The position numbers were made by a program, and so were the translations under genes. DNA of 64,000 bases from Candidatus Poseidoniales archaeon (GTDB taxonomy: Archaea; Thermoplasmatota; Poseidoniia; Poseidoniales; Poseidoniaceae): contig QQRY01000018.1 of NCBI GenBank assembly GCA_003602575.1, forward strand, positions 21,632 to 85,631, given 5' to 3'. How positions within the stretch are numbered: the first letter of the stretch is position 1; the number at the start of each line of letters is the position of its first letter. The notes under the pieces were generated by a model that saw only the letters and a list, made by a program, of their open reading frames with translations, was not told the origin of the DNA and searched no databases. Below are positions 8,886 to 17,900 of the stretch, piece by piece.

Positions 8886-9734
8886 ATGGTCGACCTAGTA
8901 TCAATGGTCGCCAGCAGTTTTCCAACAGATAGGCGTACTTACGATAGTGTATTGATGCTATCCAATAGTACTCGAAAGATTAGAATGGTTGCTGAAGTAA
9001 TTCCAAAAGGCATTGAATTCTCGGTTCTATCAAGTCAATCAAGAGTCATAGAATCATTGAATGAAACTAATATTGCAGCAACCATGATTGAAGAGAATCT
9101 TAGTTCAATGGGGCTTTTTATCCTAACTCAATTGCATGATTTAATTCTACAGGCTATTGGTGAAGGACGAATTTCTCGCGGTGAGCGAATCTTGGTTGTA
9201 CTTGCTGAACCTGTTGACGGGGTATTCTCAATTGATACAACCATGCTTAATGCAAATAGATTTGCTAATCTAGCACAAGAGGTGGGTATAGAACTAGAAG
9301 TTCTAACAAAGTCGATGGAACTTGCAAGGCATATTGCAAGTAGAGGTAGAGAAGGTCATTCGATAGGTGCTATTTTTGCGATAGGTCCTTTACCTATTCT
9401 TAGAAAGCATTCCACCGCTATGGTTCTAAATCCATTTAAGGGCCATAATTCCGATAAGCGTAGCATCTTGATTAAAGATAACCATGAGACTTTTGCCGAA
9501 TTTGCATGGCTTGATGGTGCAGTATTTTTCAATAAAGAAGGCATTGCAAGTGATGCTGGAAGATATATTCAAGTTCCATCAGGAATCTCCACTAAATCCG
9601 GCGAGGGCGGTAGACACTTAGCATCTAGGGCAATTTCCCAATTGGGCGAGTGCCTAGCAATATGTGTATCATCATCTGGCAGTATTACTCTTTATGTGAA
9701 TGGTAGAGATAGATACAAAGTAAAGATGATCTAA
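8886..9734 (+). CDS. dacZ: Diadenylate cyclase, archaeal DacZ type (c-di-AMP synthase)
   Basis: C-terminal DAC domain motifs 'GAIFAIG', 'LDGAVFFNKEG' (DGA), 'GEGGRHLASRAIS' (RH motif), 'SSSGSITLY'. GGTGAT SD lies 3-4 nt before the ATG, 8 nt after the macro-gene stop. Confidence 0.8.
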   Translation: MVDLVSMVASSFPTDRRTYDSVLMLSNSTRKIRMVAEVIPKGIEFSVLSSQSRVIESLNETNIAATMIEENLSSMGLFILTQLHDLILQAIGEGRISRGERILVVLAEPVDGVFSIDTTMLNANRFANLAQEVGIELEVLTKSMELARHIASRGREGHSIGAIFAIGPLPILRKHSTAMVLNPFKGHNSDKRSILIKDNHETFAEFAWLDGAVFFNKEGIASDAGRYIQVPSGISTKSGEGGRHLASRAISQLGECLAICVSSSGSITLYVNGRDRYKVKMI

Positions 9735-10280
9735 TCATTCAGATTCGTCGGCAATTAGCTTGTGAGGATTTAATCCAGTTTCAGCAGATTCTAACCGGTG
9801 AGAGACTATTTTAATTTCAATGATTGCAGAATCTAATGATGCAGAATTGAGATTTCTTTTGATACTCTCTTTATTTCTTTTGATTGCAGCAATTCTCTGA
9901 TTCTTATCTTTAGGTCTCATAATATCTCCACGTTGAGACATCAACCACTCTTCTAGTAGAGACTGACCCCATTCGGGAGCCCTGAAGTGGGCGGCGAGAA
10001 TAATTTCAGAATTTCTATGTCTGAATCTAACCTTTCCTTCATTGGTACGAAATACTTGAATTGAACCAGGATTCCAACGCTCTTGCGGAATATGTAAATG
10101 ATTTTGACAGATCAAGTCTCCATCGCTATCAATAATAAAATCAACAATCAGTACACTATTTTTCAGTCTGATGAAAACTTGTGCGAAACTGTCGTCAACG
10201 ACCCATTCTTCAATTGAAACAGGTTCTTGTCTCCATGTATCACCACACCATGAGAGAATAGCAGCTTCGTATGAGACCAT
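9735..10280 (-). CDS. Hypothetical protein (no recognisable motif)
   Basis: 181-aa ORF abutting the dacZ stop in convergent orientation. TGAGG SD lies 7 nt upstream of the ATG. Basic helical C-terminal half. Confidence 0.45.
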   Translation of the reverse strand: MVSYEAAILSWCGDTWRQEPVSIEEWVVDDSFAQVFIRLKNSVLIVDFIIDSDGDLICQNHLHIPQERWNPGSIQVFRTNEGKVRFRHRNSEIILAAHFRAPEWGQSLLEEWLMSQRGDIMRPKDKNQRIAAIKRNKESIKRNLNSASLDSAIIEIKIVSHRLESAETGLNPHKLIADESE

Positions 10281-10360
10281 GATTTGGCCTCAAGCCCGCC
10301 CCCTTTGAAGTTTGTTCATTATTTGTTAAGGTTGAAAGTAAAGAACCGATTGGACTGGAC

Positions 10361-11818
10361 ATGGCAGCAAGTTGGGGGGCAATCCAAATCGATTGGACTC
10401 TAATTTTTGTTTTGATATTAGTTTGGTACATCTTACTGCGTAATTGGGAAAGAAATGGTGTCCTAGATAAATGGAATGCTACAAGAGTTTTTGGCGTTAT
10501 TCTAATGGTTAGAAGTAATAAGGGACTCAAACTTCTGGATAAAACAGTCAAACCTCGTAAGTTTTGGCGTCTTTATGGAGAGGTTTCACTTTGGGTCTGT
10601 ATATTTTCAATGTTAGTTGTTGGATTACTGATGATTCTAGCATTTATTTCTGCGATAATTTACACTCCTGATACAGACCCACCTTCGGCAAGTGAATTAG
10701 TTGCAATTCCAGGTTTAAACCCAATGATTCCACTTGGTTGGGGTGCTCTATCATTCATTATCGCATTAGTTATTCACGAATTTGGGCATGGCCTACAGGC
10801 TAGAGCACACGGAATGAGGGTTCGCTCTTTTGGATTATTACAACTAGGCCCCTTACCTCTAGGTGCATTTGCAGAACCACAGTATGAGGAACTGATGAAT
10901 GCCCCTCCTAAAGAAAGAATGAGGATGTTTGCAGCTGGCCCAGCAACCAATATTTTTGCCGCCTTCATTTGTTTACTAATCATAGGAGGACTAGCAGGTC
11001 AATTTGTTGCAGGAAATGACAATATCCACGTAAGGGGTATTATCCAAGGTCAAGGTGCAGACGAGGCAGGTATGCAACCATGGGATACTTTGGAATCAAT
11101 CGATGGTAAGCAGATAGATGGTTTAGATGGTTTTTACACCGTGATGGAGGATTATTCTGCTAATGATACAGTGTTAATTTCAGTCTTACACCAAGACGGT
11201 ACTAGAGAAAATGTTAATGCTACTTTTTCAGATAAATATGACTATTACATTGATTTAGGATGGAGTGAATCTAATTTAGAGACATTGAATATTTCCAAAG
11301 GAGATCCATTCTTAGGCATCGAAGGAATTGCTGAAGGTACCAGTGGTATCGATAGAATTGCAGGGCCTCTATCTCCAAGATGGGAAGGTAATATCGTACA
11401 GAAAGCATTGGTTTTACCATTCCATACTCTAGGATTAATGGTAATTCCATTCGAACTCCAAGGTGTTTCTATGCACCCATTTGAAGAGTCATTATTGGAA
11501 GCGGATGACGATGGCTTGGGTTCGATTTTGGGTAAATCCGGATTACTATTTTTGACAAATTTATTCTTTTGGTTAATGTGGGTAAATATTCTACTCGGCT
11601 TCACCAATCTAATTCCAATGGTCCCATTCGATGGCGGTCATTTGTTTAGAGACCTTCTACGTGGAGTTTTGAAAGTATTTAGGAAAGTTGGGAAGAAATT
11701 AAAAATCGGGGATATGAATCCAATGTGGATTGAACATATATCCAGTAAAGCGTCAAGTATTTCTTCTTTAGCACTTTTGGGTATGGTAGTCTTTATTATA
11801 TTCATACCATATTTTTAG
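10361..11818 (+). CDS. Site-2 protease (M50 family intramembrane metalloprotease) with PDZ-like insert
   Basis: 'HEFGHGLQARAHG' (HExxH) in a TM helix and 'NLIPMVPFDGGHL' (NxxPxxxxDG). Central soluble 'GIIQGQGADEAGMQPWDTLESIDGKQI' is PDZ-like. Confidence 0.9.
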   Translation: MAASWGAIQIDWTLIFVLILVWYILLRNWERNGVLDKWNATRVFGVILMVRSNKGLKLLDKTVKPRKFWRLYGEVSLWVCIFSMLVVGLLMILAFISAIIYTPDTDPPSASELVAIPGLNPMIPLGWGALSFIIALVIHEFGHGLQARAHGMRVRSFGLLQLGPLPLGAFAEPQYEELMNAPPKERMRMFAAGPATNIFAAFICLLIIGGLAGQFVAGNDNIHVRGIIQGQGADEAGMQPWDTLESIDGKQIDGLDGFYTVMEDYSANDTVLISVLHQDGTRENVNATFSDKYDYYIDLGWSESNLETLNISKGDPFLGIEGIAEGTSGIDRIAGPLSPRWEGNIVQKALVLPFHTLGLMVIPFELQGVSMHPFEESLLEADDDGLGSILGKSGLLFLTNLFFWLMWVNILLGFTNLIPMVPFDGGHLFRDLLRGVLKVFRKVGKKLKIGDMNPMWIEHISSKASSISSLALLGMVVFIIFIPYF

Positions 11819-12493
11819 TTAAACACTTTTTCTTCTTGCTAATTCAGCAAATATATCAACCTGTTTCGGGGGCTTTGAATTTTCATTAAAGTTTAATTTC
11901 CCGTCGTTTTGACTAGGAAAATTAGTTTTATTTCGAGAACTTCTAATCTTTAACTGATTCAAATTGAATTGGTCAACACCGGCTTGGGAACTAACTAAGG
12001 CAATAAAATCATTCAACTTCATACCCTTCTCCCAGTCCATGAATGGTTTACCACCCCTCGTCTTCGGGAATGCAGGGATAAGGGGGGCTAATTTTCTTAA
12101 TTTACCTGATAGAGATTCCGTTTCAACTCTAAAAATTCTCCAAGAATCGCCACGTGTACCTTTCAACCTATATGCATAAAGAGGCATTAGATTACACCTT
12201 TCTCCTTCATAAATCATGGATTCATATTGTTCTTTAGTTCTTCCAGATAGGTAGAATTTAGATTTCTTTGATGATTTAACCTCTATAGGGAAACATAAGT
12301 CTCCCCTCAGTGCTAGCAAATCTCCTGACCCTTCCATACCAGAACCAGCAGCACGTACTACTAGGAATGGGCGTTTAATTATTAGACGCATCTTGCTTTT
12401 CTCTTGTTCATTACACGAACGAATAACGGATTCAACTCCCTTTGGAATTCCGGCAAGAACCTGCCTAAGTTCACGTTCGTATTGGCTACCCAC
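11819..12493 (-). CDS. hjc: Holliday junction resolvase Hjc with C-terminal extension of about 80 aa
   Basis: 'GSQYERELRQVL', 'VVRAAGSG', 'GDLLALRGDLCFPIEVKSS' match the archaeal Hjc (PD-(D/E)xK) motif order. 224 aa, versus about 140 aa for a typical Hjc. Confidence 0.75.
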   Translation of the reverse strand: MGSQYERELRQVLAGIPKGVESVIRSCNEQEKSKMRLIIKRPFLVVRAAGSGMEGSGDLLALRGDLCFPIEVKSSKKSKFYLSGRTKEQYESMIYEGERCNLMPLYAYRLKGTRGDSWRIFRVETESLSGKLRKLAPLIPAFPKTRGGKPFMDWEKGMKLNDFIALVSSQAGVDQFNLNQLKIRSSRNKTNFPSQNDGKLNFNENSKPPKQVDIFAELARRKSV

Positions 12494-12615
12494 GCATAGA
12501 CATCAATGTCAAGCGCTTTTGATTACTTCGGTTCAAAGATAATTAAAATTATTCTTTGTTAAGTGTATGAAGTAAGCGGCGATAGGTTTGATGAACATGA
12601 ACTTCTGCAAGGTTC

Positions 12616-13374
12616 ATGGCAAGGTTAGCGATCAGGACTGCTAACTTTCAACTTTCATACAAATTAATCCAGTCATTGAGGTCAAGAAATATTAAATTCG
12701 ATGTTCTAGACGTTTCTGATAAAATAGTTTCTAACGATATAATATGGTTTGCAGAAGGTAGTGAGATAATCGATAATGATTCATTAGGAAAAGCCATCCC
12801 TACAACAATAGAAACAATCGATAGCAGTATAGAATTCGCATTATTGGTATTGAAGGGTTTAGATGAACCAAAGCAACTTGTTTTTGGTATTGACCCAGGG
12901 CCTTATCCTGGTCTATCATGGGTTGCAGATGGAGTCTATATTGGAGTATCTCAATTACAATCAATTGACGAAATCGCTTGGAAGATAAAGTCAGTAGTGG
13001 ATTCTATTTCTGCGCAATCCATTCTAATAAGAATCGGCGATGGAGACCCATTAATTCGCGATAGAATCATCAATATTTGTATTCAAAATAATTGGATTCT
13101 TGAAGTGGTCAATGAAGCTAAAACCTCTAAGGGATTATTGAGGCACAATCATTCGATTTCAGCACTTAGAATTGCTTCTAATAGTGGTGAAAGAATTTGG
13201 GAATTACGAGAGATAAATCCATTGCCTGGTCAGATAAAAGAAATTCAACGTCAAAGTAGGAAGTTTAGCAAAGGGAAATTAACGATTTCTTATGAGCATG
13301 CTGAATTGGTTGCCAAAGGAGAATTGACTTTAGCTGAGGCAATAGAAAATATCACTTATTCTTCTTCTAAGTGA
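12616..13374 (+). CDS. Putative RNase H-fold nuclease (RuvX/YqgF-like) with extra N-terminal domain
   Basis: Motif order 'LVFGIDPGPYPGLSW' ... 'ILIRIGDGDP' ... 'EVVNEAKTSKG' ... 'HSISALRIA' parallels RuvX 'FDFGTKSIGVA' ... 'GLPLNMDG' ... 'DERLST' ... 'DSASA'. Assignment from motifs only. Confidence 0.4.
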   Translation: MARLAIRTANFQLSYKLIQSLRSRNIKFDVLDVSDKIVSNDIIWFAEGSEIIDNDSLGKAIPTTIETIDSSIEFALLVLKGLDEPKQLVFGIDPGPYPGLSWVADGVYIGVSQLQSIDEIAWKIKSVVDSISAQSILIRIGDGDPLIRDRIINICIQNNWILEVVNEAKTSKGLLRHNHSISALRIASNSGERIWELREINPLPGQIKEIQRQSRKFSKGKLTISYEHAELVAKGELTLAEAIENITYSSSK

Positions 13375-14387
13375 TCAAATAGATCGTACTCAAGTTTTAT
13401 CTGACTTGCTTCTGGAGAGTTTTCAATCACTTTCTTGATGGCCTTTTCCAAGAAAAGTGGAATTAAGAGAATCCCTGCAATAATTGTAATTAAGTAAAAG
13501 AAAGAAGATTCAGGAACAAATTTTGTACCTGGTGATATATCACCACTATCTGTTACTCCAGTGCCACTAACCATCAATTTGACAGAACCGAGCCATGGAA
13601 TCTCTCCACCTGCAACTCCAATAAGCCAATCTGAGCGAACCGGGCCAGCAACTCCAGATTCGCTATGAACTCCAGATGATCCGTTTACTGCTAATCCTCC
13701 TTGGTCTACTGAACATTTATTGTTATCTCCAAGAGTCATAATTCCTGCATGTTTAGGTTGCCAGTCCCACACAACTAGAAATGGTTCTACATTTGCATGA
13801 GCCATTCTCTTACAATCATAATATCCAGCATTAACTCCGTCAAAATGGATAGTAATTCTTTCTTGGTCTGTTACATTCGTTCCAGGCACATTCCAAGTTA
13901 AGATACAAGTTCCTAATTCTCCATCTTGGTCGATAGATTTGGAATCCCAAGTACCTCCATTTGGACAGTGTTTTGTGTTGTTATCACCTTCGTTAGCAGT
14001 CCTATCAGGGGTAATTGTTTGACTTGGTTCAACCCTTAGTATGGCTCGATGAATTATAGGTGTTCCAGCATCTCCATTTTTTTGATAGATAATTACATCG
14101 CCAGCCATTCCGTGCATCTCATACCCAAAAGATGAATCTGTAGAATCAGAACCTTCTGCAAACGTAACAATACTTTCAAATGAATTATCTCTGACTAAAA
14201 TTAAATCTCCAGCATCAATACTTCCAACTTCACCATCGACCTCATGTATCATTGAAGATGACTCGACAACAACAAGAGGTGGCATTGAACCGGTATGTGC
14301 CCACAAACCCAATACTAGAATTGCAATCATTGCTCCAGCTAAAAGAATCTCTCTAAGCAGGTTGCCAAAAGGGCTTGATTGAGTCAA
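13356..14387 (-). CDS. Signal peptidase I, archaeal/Sec11 (S26B) type, with large insert and C-terminal TM
   Basis: N-terminal anchor. 'VVESSSM' (nucleophile Ser), 'GDLILV', 'IIHRAI' (His box), 'LGDNNKCSVD' (GDN box). Insert of about 100 aa between the His and GDN boxes. TTG start after GAGGCGG. Confidence 0.7.
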   Translation of the reverse strand: MTQSSPFGNLLREILLAGAMIAILVLGLWAHTGSMPPLVVVESSSMIHEVDGEVGSIDAGDLILVRDNSFESIVTFAEGSDSTDSSFGYEMHGMAGDVIIYQKNGDAGTPIIHRAILRVEPSQTITPDRTANEGDNNTKHCPNGGTWDSKSIDQDGELGTCILTWNVPGTNVTDQERITIHFDGVNAGYYDCKRMAHANVEPFLVVWDWQPKHAGIMTLGDNNKCSVDQGGLAVNGSSGVHSESGVAGPVRSDWLIGVAGGEIPWLGSVKLMVSGTGVTDSGDISPGTKFVPESSFFYLITIIAGILLIPLFLEKAIKKVIENSPEASQIKLEYDLFDHLEEE

Positions 14388-14396
14388 AAAACCGCC

Positions 14397-14810
14397 TCAT
14401 TTCATTTTCTTGAGGCCCTTGCTTTGAAGGAATTCGTTCCATGCTTCAGCATGACCTGCGCCTAGAACTTTAGCCGCTTCATCTCCTTCAGAGCGCCTTC
14501 TTTTTAATTCAGATAATGAATCGATATCTTTCAGTTCGTCTAGTGTTGAGACGTATCCTTTCAACGTCAAGAATTCAGGAGTAATTATCAGTAAAAGGAT
14601 TGAAGAAACCACAGCCATGCCTATTGCAGCACCAGTGTAATCTTGCCAATCGCTATTTTCTTGAAGGAATAAGAGTTGGTACCCACTCGCTAAAAGAAGT
14701 ACTAGAGAAGCGCCAAATGCCGTTGCACTAAGCAATAATTGTCTGCCATGTTGCCGTTCCCACAAATTCGAAATCAAACCCATAATACTCTCCGCCTGTA
14801 TCATCCACAT
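14397..14810 (-). CDS. Hypothetical 2-TM membrane protein, co-oriented 9 nt upstream of the signal peptidase
   Basis: 137-aa ORF with two hydrophobic helices and a charged C-terminal helix. An alternative Met lies at 14783. Confidence 0.45.
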   Translation of the reverse strand: MWMIQAESIMGLISNLWERQHGRQLLLSATAFGASLVLLLASGYQLLFLQENSDWQDYTGAAIGMAVVSSILLLIITPEFLTLKGYVSTLDELKDIDSLSELKRRRSEGDEAAKVLGAGHAEAWNEFLQSKGLKKMK

Positions 14811-14903
14811 CGGTTTTTATCTTTGACTTCTTTGTTTAGATGTCTAACATCGAGGGGCATACTTGAAATGCGTTGCCACTATCGGATAATATCTACAGTT
14901 AAA

Positions 14904-14910
14904 GGAGGTG
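14904..14910 (+). promoter_or_regulatory. Shine-Dalgarno (GGAGGTG) for the giant surface protein
   Basis: GGAGGTG lies 5 nt upstream of an in-frame TTG (14916). That TTG is the only start that yields a signal peptide. Confidence 0.6.
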
Positions 14911-14915
14911 TTACA

Positions 14916-17900
14916 TTGAAGCGCGCATTATTTTTGATAACTTTGTTTTTAGTTTCTATATACGCTCCTTTGGCTTCAAGTTCAATGACTGCAAATCAAT
15001 TCGATGATGGCTCGACATCATTCCAGCATTCATTTACTGCATCAGGTGATGTAAATGCTGGAGAAATTACTATGCCTTATGGAGCAGAAGTTACGGATGC
15101 AACATTCAGATTTAGAGGTGAAGCAAGTCAAACATCTTGGACAAATTTCACTACAAATAGTGATTATGGTGGACAAGGAGATAGTAATGGGTATATTTCA
15201 GGAAATGTACCAAGGCCATTTTCTAGTGGTTACCGCTATTATCTAAACACTCAGAATCAAGGAATGGAATTGCAGGGCAACCCTACTAATGCAGTAAATT
15301 CCCTGTCTAGAGCTACTGATGTTTCTTCAATAGGAAGCGCAGAACACAATGTTTCAGGTCAGTTTGTCGCTTTAAGCGACCAAGGCTATAGTTCACTTTC
15401 AATGAAATATTCTGACTTTTCAGTCTCAAGTAGTACTTCTTGGGGCTACGTAGGAGTAGTCGTCCTTTATGAGGACGAATATATGGTTATGAAGTACAGT
15501 TCTACCTACCCAAGCCAACAACCAACAATTCTCAGGATAAATGCTTCAACAGGCGCATATATTGGGACGGCTAGTTTCAATGCAGGGTCTTGTTCGACCA
15601 CATCATCCAATTCACTGTACTACAACATGTATGATGCTACAGTTTACAATGGTTCGATTTGGACGGTACATTATTCATACTATACAGTCAATAAGTGGTC
15701 TATTGTCGAGACCCCTACATCTCTAACTTGGAATTGTCAACAATCCTGGTATTCCAGTTCTCAAGGATATATTAACGGAGTAGATTTTGATGAAAATACA
15801 GGTAAAATGTATCTTTCCACTTATAGATATCAATCTTCAGACCATTATTTGCATGAAGTCAATCCATCTAACCCTACAATGATTAACGGAACTTGGTCAA
15901 TAGGTTCGGCTGCGGGAATCTCTAGTAGTTATGGTTCAGGATTAATTGTTAACTTGCCGACGGTAATTTACAACGAGTATGATCGCTCGACCTCTGGTTA
16001 TCCTAGTAGACATTATTTCTTTAATTTCAACGGTATATCTCCTACTTTGATGGGTTCTGAAGAGATGAGTAATAGGGGACACTATGGATTGACAGAATCG
16101 GGAGATGGTAAGTTGCTATATGTGTGCCATTACACTAGTTATTGCAGTAGTTCAGCAAGGAAAATCCACAGATCAGGTGATGGTTCACTCGAATTTTCTG
16201 ACCTAACAACAACATCTTCTGAAACCATTTATGGAAGAACTTACACGCTTTCTACTTCAATTGATACTATATTTGTAAAGAGTTTAATTGGACGAATTCC
16301 AAGTGGTACGGATTTAAAATTAGAATTATCAAATGATGGAGGTTCTTCTTGGGTAAATGCATATCCTGGTCAGCAGATTGTATTTCCTCAATTGGGTAAT
16401 ACATTAGACTGGAGAGTCGAAATGACTTCTTCTTCAACTGGGATATCTCCAATAATTGATTCTGTGGGTATTGAATATTTTGCAACCTATCGTACAAGTG
16501 GCTATTTTTATGCTTACCAATATGTCGGTTCGGGAACTTCTTCAACAGTTGCAGCCACTTTAAATTGGACAGGAAATACTCCTTCTGGCACTAACATACA
16601 AGTTAGTTTTGGTGCAGCATCCTCGTCATCCTCTTGTTCTTCTAGTTCAAGTGGAGTAACGACGTGGACAAAAACTGAGCCAGGTGTCACAAAGTCAATT
16701 TCAGGTTCAAGTTACTATCTTTGTGTTAGGATTCAATTAACAACTTCTAATTCAGCAGTAACTCCTTCCATATCTGACTTAAGTATTGCTCAGCATTCTA
16801 ATGCTCCTTCTGAACCAGCGTTGTTGATCGACGGCGTGAAAGTTTGGAGCCGTTCATCCTCTGAGGGTGCACTCGTCGGCACTCAAACCATAACTGCAGA
16901 GAATCCTGCAGACAGTATAATCACTACCTTAAACAATTTAATCCCAGATACTGGCTCTGGCCTAGTTGTTATTCCCATCAATATTTCATCTGAAAGTACG
17001 GGCCTATTAGCATTGGAACAATTTTCGATAACTTACATTATGCGAACTGTCAACCTAGACATAGAAATTACAGAAGGGGGAATCCTTCATCAAAGATTAG
17101 AGCCATATGAAGTAGTTACAAGGCACGTAATTGGAGAAGATGCATCCGAGATGACAAGGGCAACTCTAACCTTCATGACAGAGGTAGGCTCTAATCCTGT
17201 CTTAGAATGGGAAAATGGAGACGTATTTCCTTTGCCAAACGACCCTGATAACTATATCGAACTCGATTCGAGTTCTTGGTCTTCAGAAGTTAATGGAATT
17301 CTAGAAATTCATTGGCGTTTCTCTGTCAATATCGATTTCCCTGAACAAAGCGAGGTACGTTTCAAAGCAGATTGTACTGATAATAGCGGCACAAATGGAT
17401 TTTCACCAGTAGATTTAATCTCCAATGAAGCGCTTTCTGTCAATCATACATACGGCCTTGGATGGTTCAAAGTTAGAGATAATTCAGGATTGGTGGTCAG
17501 TGATGATGTACCAGATAATTCTTGGTTAGCAGGTGGAGAAACAGTGTTTTTCCAAGGCGCAATGTGGTATTTAGGTTCTGAGGACGCACCATTGGACAAT
17601 ATGTTTGATGTGAGAGTTTCACGCGAGGGTTGGGTTGAAAGTACTGCCAGAGACACAATCAACAATAATGGTTCATTTTTCATCCCAATTACAATGCCCA
17701 ATTCAGATAATCCTGATGGATATACTTTTGAAATTCAAACATATAACGAATTTAACCCATCACTTTCTGTTCAACCTAATGATTCCTGGAGAAGAACATT
17801 TAGAGTTGATGCAACAGCTCCTCTAAAAGTAGATACTTCTCCTGCAGACGAAAGTTATGAGGCAGCAAGTTTTGCTCAAGAAGTTACAGTTCTAGTTAAG

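Noticed and set aside
10240-10551. A 103-aa minus-strand ORF spanning the spacer between the 181-aa ORF and the S2P gene.
   Set aside because: It overlaps the start of the well-supported M50 protease gene and the start of the 181-aa gene, and it has no motif or SD. It is most likely spurious.
12270-12493. A C-terminal PIP-box in the extended Hjc ('KQVDIFAEL').
   Set aside because: Only the Q and the fourth-position Ile fit Qxx[ILM]xx[FY][FY], and the aromatic pair is missing. It is too weak to call.
14739-14915. The N-terminal 59 codons of the track ORF for the giant surface protein (ATG at 14739).
   Set aside because: This stretch overlaps the divergent minus-strand gene (14397-14810), encodes no signal peptide and has no SD. 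The in-frame TTG at 14916, 5 nt after GGAGGTG, yields a textbook signal peptide.
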